From NCBI GenBank assembly GCA_965153285.1, contig OZ229110.1: 64,000 nt of DNA. One strand, given 5' to 3'. Within the stretch, counting starts at the first letter, position 1, and each line of letters begins with the position of its first letter. The notes under the pieces were generated by a model. That model made no database searches. It saw nothing but the letters and a program-made list of their open reading frames with translations, and was not told where the DNA came from. Shown here piece by piece: positions 62,291 to 64,000 of this stretch. Source of the DNA: Podarcis tiliguerta. Lineage: Eukaryota. Position numbers and translations under genes: made by a program.

Positions 62291-63119
62291 GTGGTCCTTC
62301 ACATGGGAAATGAAGTTGGAAATAAGTGGAGTGCATCCCACATGGGGTGGGTGGCTCTTCTCTGCGTGAAGCCATGGATTAAAGCAAAAGAACATGATGA
62401 GGAAGGGCAAGGAACTGAAGGATGAAAGGACCAATGATGCATAAGCAGGGTTATGGCCTTGAAGATGAAAGCCGGGAGCACTAATGGGATGCAGGAGGAG
62501 AGTGGGTGCTGATGCAGGAACTGAAGATGTGGTCTTTGTGTTGGCTGGCCTTCAGGTTCCGGGCCCTCGTCTCTCCACCCCCTCTGTGCACTTTTGAAAG
62601 AGACCTCACGAGCAGCACAGCTGCCTTCTGTCACAAGGACAAGAGGGAACTGGAGAAATTCTGCACAGTGGTCGGGTAAATTTCTCTGTTTATTCAGATG
62701 GCCTCTCCGTGGCAAGTATTTTGGGGATGATGGATGCTTGTCCCAGTCTCTGGACAATATCCATTTCCTGGGAGGGATCACCTGATTTCATGATCTCCGG
62801 ACAGTCTCTGAGCTCGTAAACAGCTGTCTCACTTTTTTTTTTTAAAAAAAGGGATTTGCTTTACTGTAAAATAAAGGCTGGATCGTAAGACTGAAATATA
62901 TCAAAGGTCAAGAGAGCATCATGGGAAAGAGGATGCATTGAATTCAAGTCAGTTGTATTCTTTTGTATAGTGAGATTCTCTCCTTGGGTTAATGTAAAAT
63001 TATGAAATTTGTGGCCTACCCGCAAAGCTGAGTTGAGTTGTGAGTTGAAAGTAAATGGCATGTTTCAAACATGTAAATTGTCTCTGAGTCTCGGTGGAAA
63101 TGTGGTCAAGTATAGGTAG

Positions 63120-63390
63120 ATACCCACAAGATTCTACAAGCAGCAGTAATAGCCACCAACCTGGATGGCTCTGAAAGCTTAGACAAATTCATGGAGGTTG
63201 AAGCAATCTTTTACCTCCACTGTCAGAGGCAGTGTGCCTCTAAATACCAGCTGCAGGGAATCACAACTGGGGAGAACAGTGTTGTCCTCAGGACCTGCTT
63301 GCAGACTTCCCACGGCATCTTCTGGGAAGAAGAGGATGCGGAACTAGATGGGCCTTTGGCCTCATCCATCAGGGTTCTTATGCTCTTATG
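63120..63390 (+). mobile_element. CR1 LINE 3' end
   Basis: gccaccaacctggatggct...ttagacaaattcatggagg...ggaactagatgggcctttggcctcatccatcagggttcttatg. Confidence 0.7.
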
Positions 63391-63411
63391 CAAAGCCTCC
63401 ACCACATTGTC

Positions 63412-63622
63412 CCGCCTGCCTTTGTGGAACACCCTCCCAACTGATGTCAAACAGATAAGCAACAATATGTTTTTTAGAATACATCTGAAGGCAGCCTTGT
63501 ACAGGGAGGTTCTTAATGTTTGAAGTTTTATTATGTTTTAAATATTTTGGGAGCCTCCCAGAGTGGCTGGGGCAACCCAGTCAGATGGGTGGAATCATCA
63601 TCATCATCATCATCATCATCAC
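63412..63622 (+). mobile_element. L2 LINE 3' end with (TCA)n tail
   Basis: LWNTLPTDVKQISN..FRIHLKAALYREVLNV plus the 3' UTR cccagagtggctggggcaacccagtcagatggg. Confidence 0.88.
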
Positions 63623-64000
63623 CATATGCATAAAGGAGAAACAAAAACACTATATCAAAATTGCTTGGTGCCTGTTGTGATGTTCCATGGTTAGGGCTCA
63701 TGTATTAGGGAACTGCACAAGACAGGACTCTTTCAAGGGTAGCTCTTTCAGAACGGCAGCAGATGGTAGAAACCTTTGGGATAGCACTTCCATGTCCTAA
63801 AGAGAAGGATAAATGGAGGCAAAGAAAGATTAAGAAACAAGCAAGACACCAGAACAGGAGCAAGTGGTGCTGGGAGAGGGATCCCACTGGTTTGGGGTGG
63901 CTGTGAAGCATAGTTGAGGGTTGGAAACAGCAGCTCATCAGCACATGATGTTCACTGAAGAAAAGAGAGGGAAGCAAGCTGAGAGATTAACTCCAGCAGC

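Overview
This is non-coding vertebrate genomic DNA, almost certainly from a squamate reptile and most likely a lacertid lizard, judged from Sauria SINEs, Bov-B, CR1 with (ATTCTATG)n tails, L2 and squamate tRNA-derived SINEs. I could not support any host protein-coding exon, so it reads as a large intron or gene desert. The only ORFs with recognisable protein signatures are transposon remnants: L2 ORF2 C-terminal region (32135-32701), CR1 RT (34468-35290, one in-frame stop), Bov-B RT C-terminus (~1430-1560), L1 ORF2 fragments and a Tigger/pogo transposase N-terminus (60781-61365). The rest is SINEs, hAT, Tc1/mariner and Harbinger-like MITEs, two probable solo LTRs, microsatellites and repeat-free blocks that resemble developmental enhancers. 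The most interesting object is a 1017-bp OposCharlie1 (OC1)-like hAT element (24575-25591) with a perfect 8-bp TSD. It appears to carry captured host DNA resembling a decayed CpG-island promoter plus a first coding exon and splice donor. Also notable are a young CR1 flanked by an unusually long 34-bp duplication, a micro-inversion inside a SINE and a candidate microexon. Family names come from recalled consensus sequences, not database searches, and boundaries of old elements are approximate.
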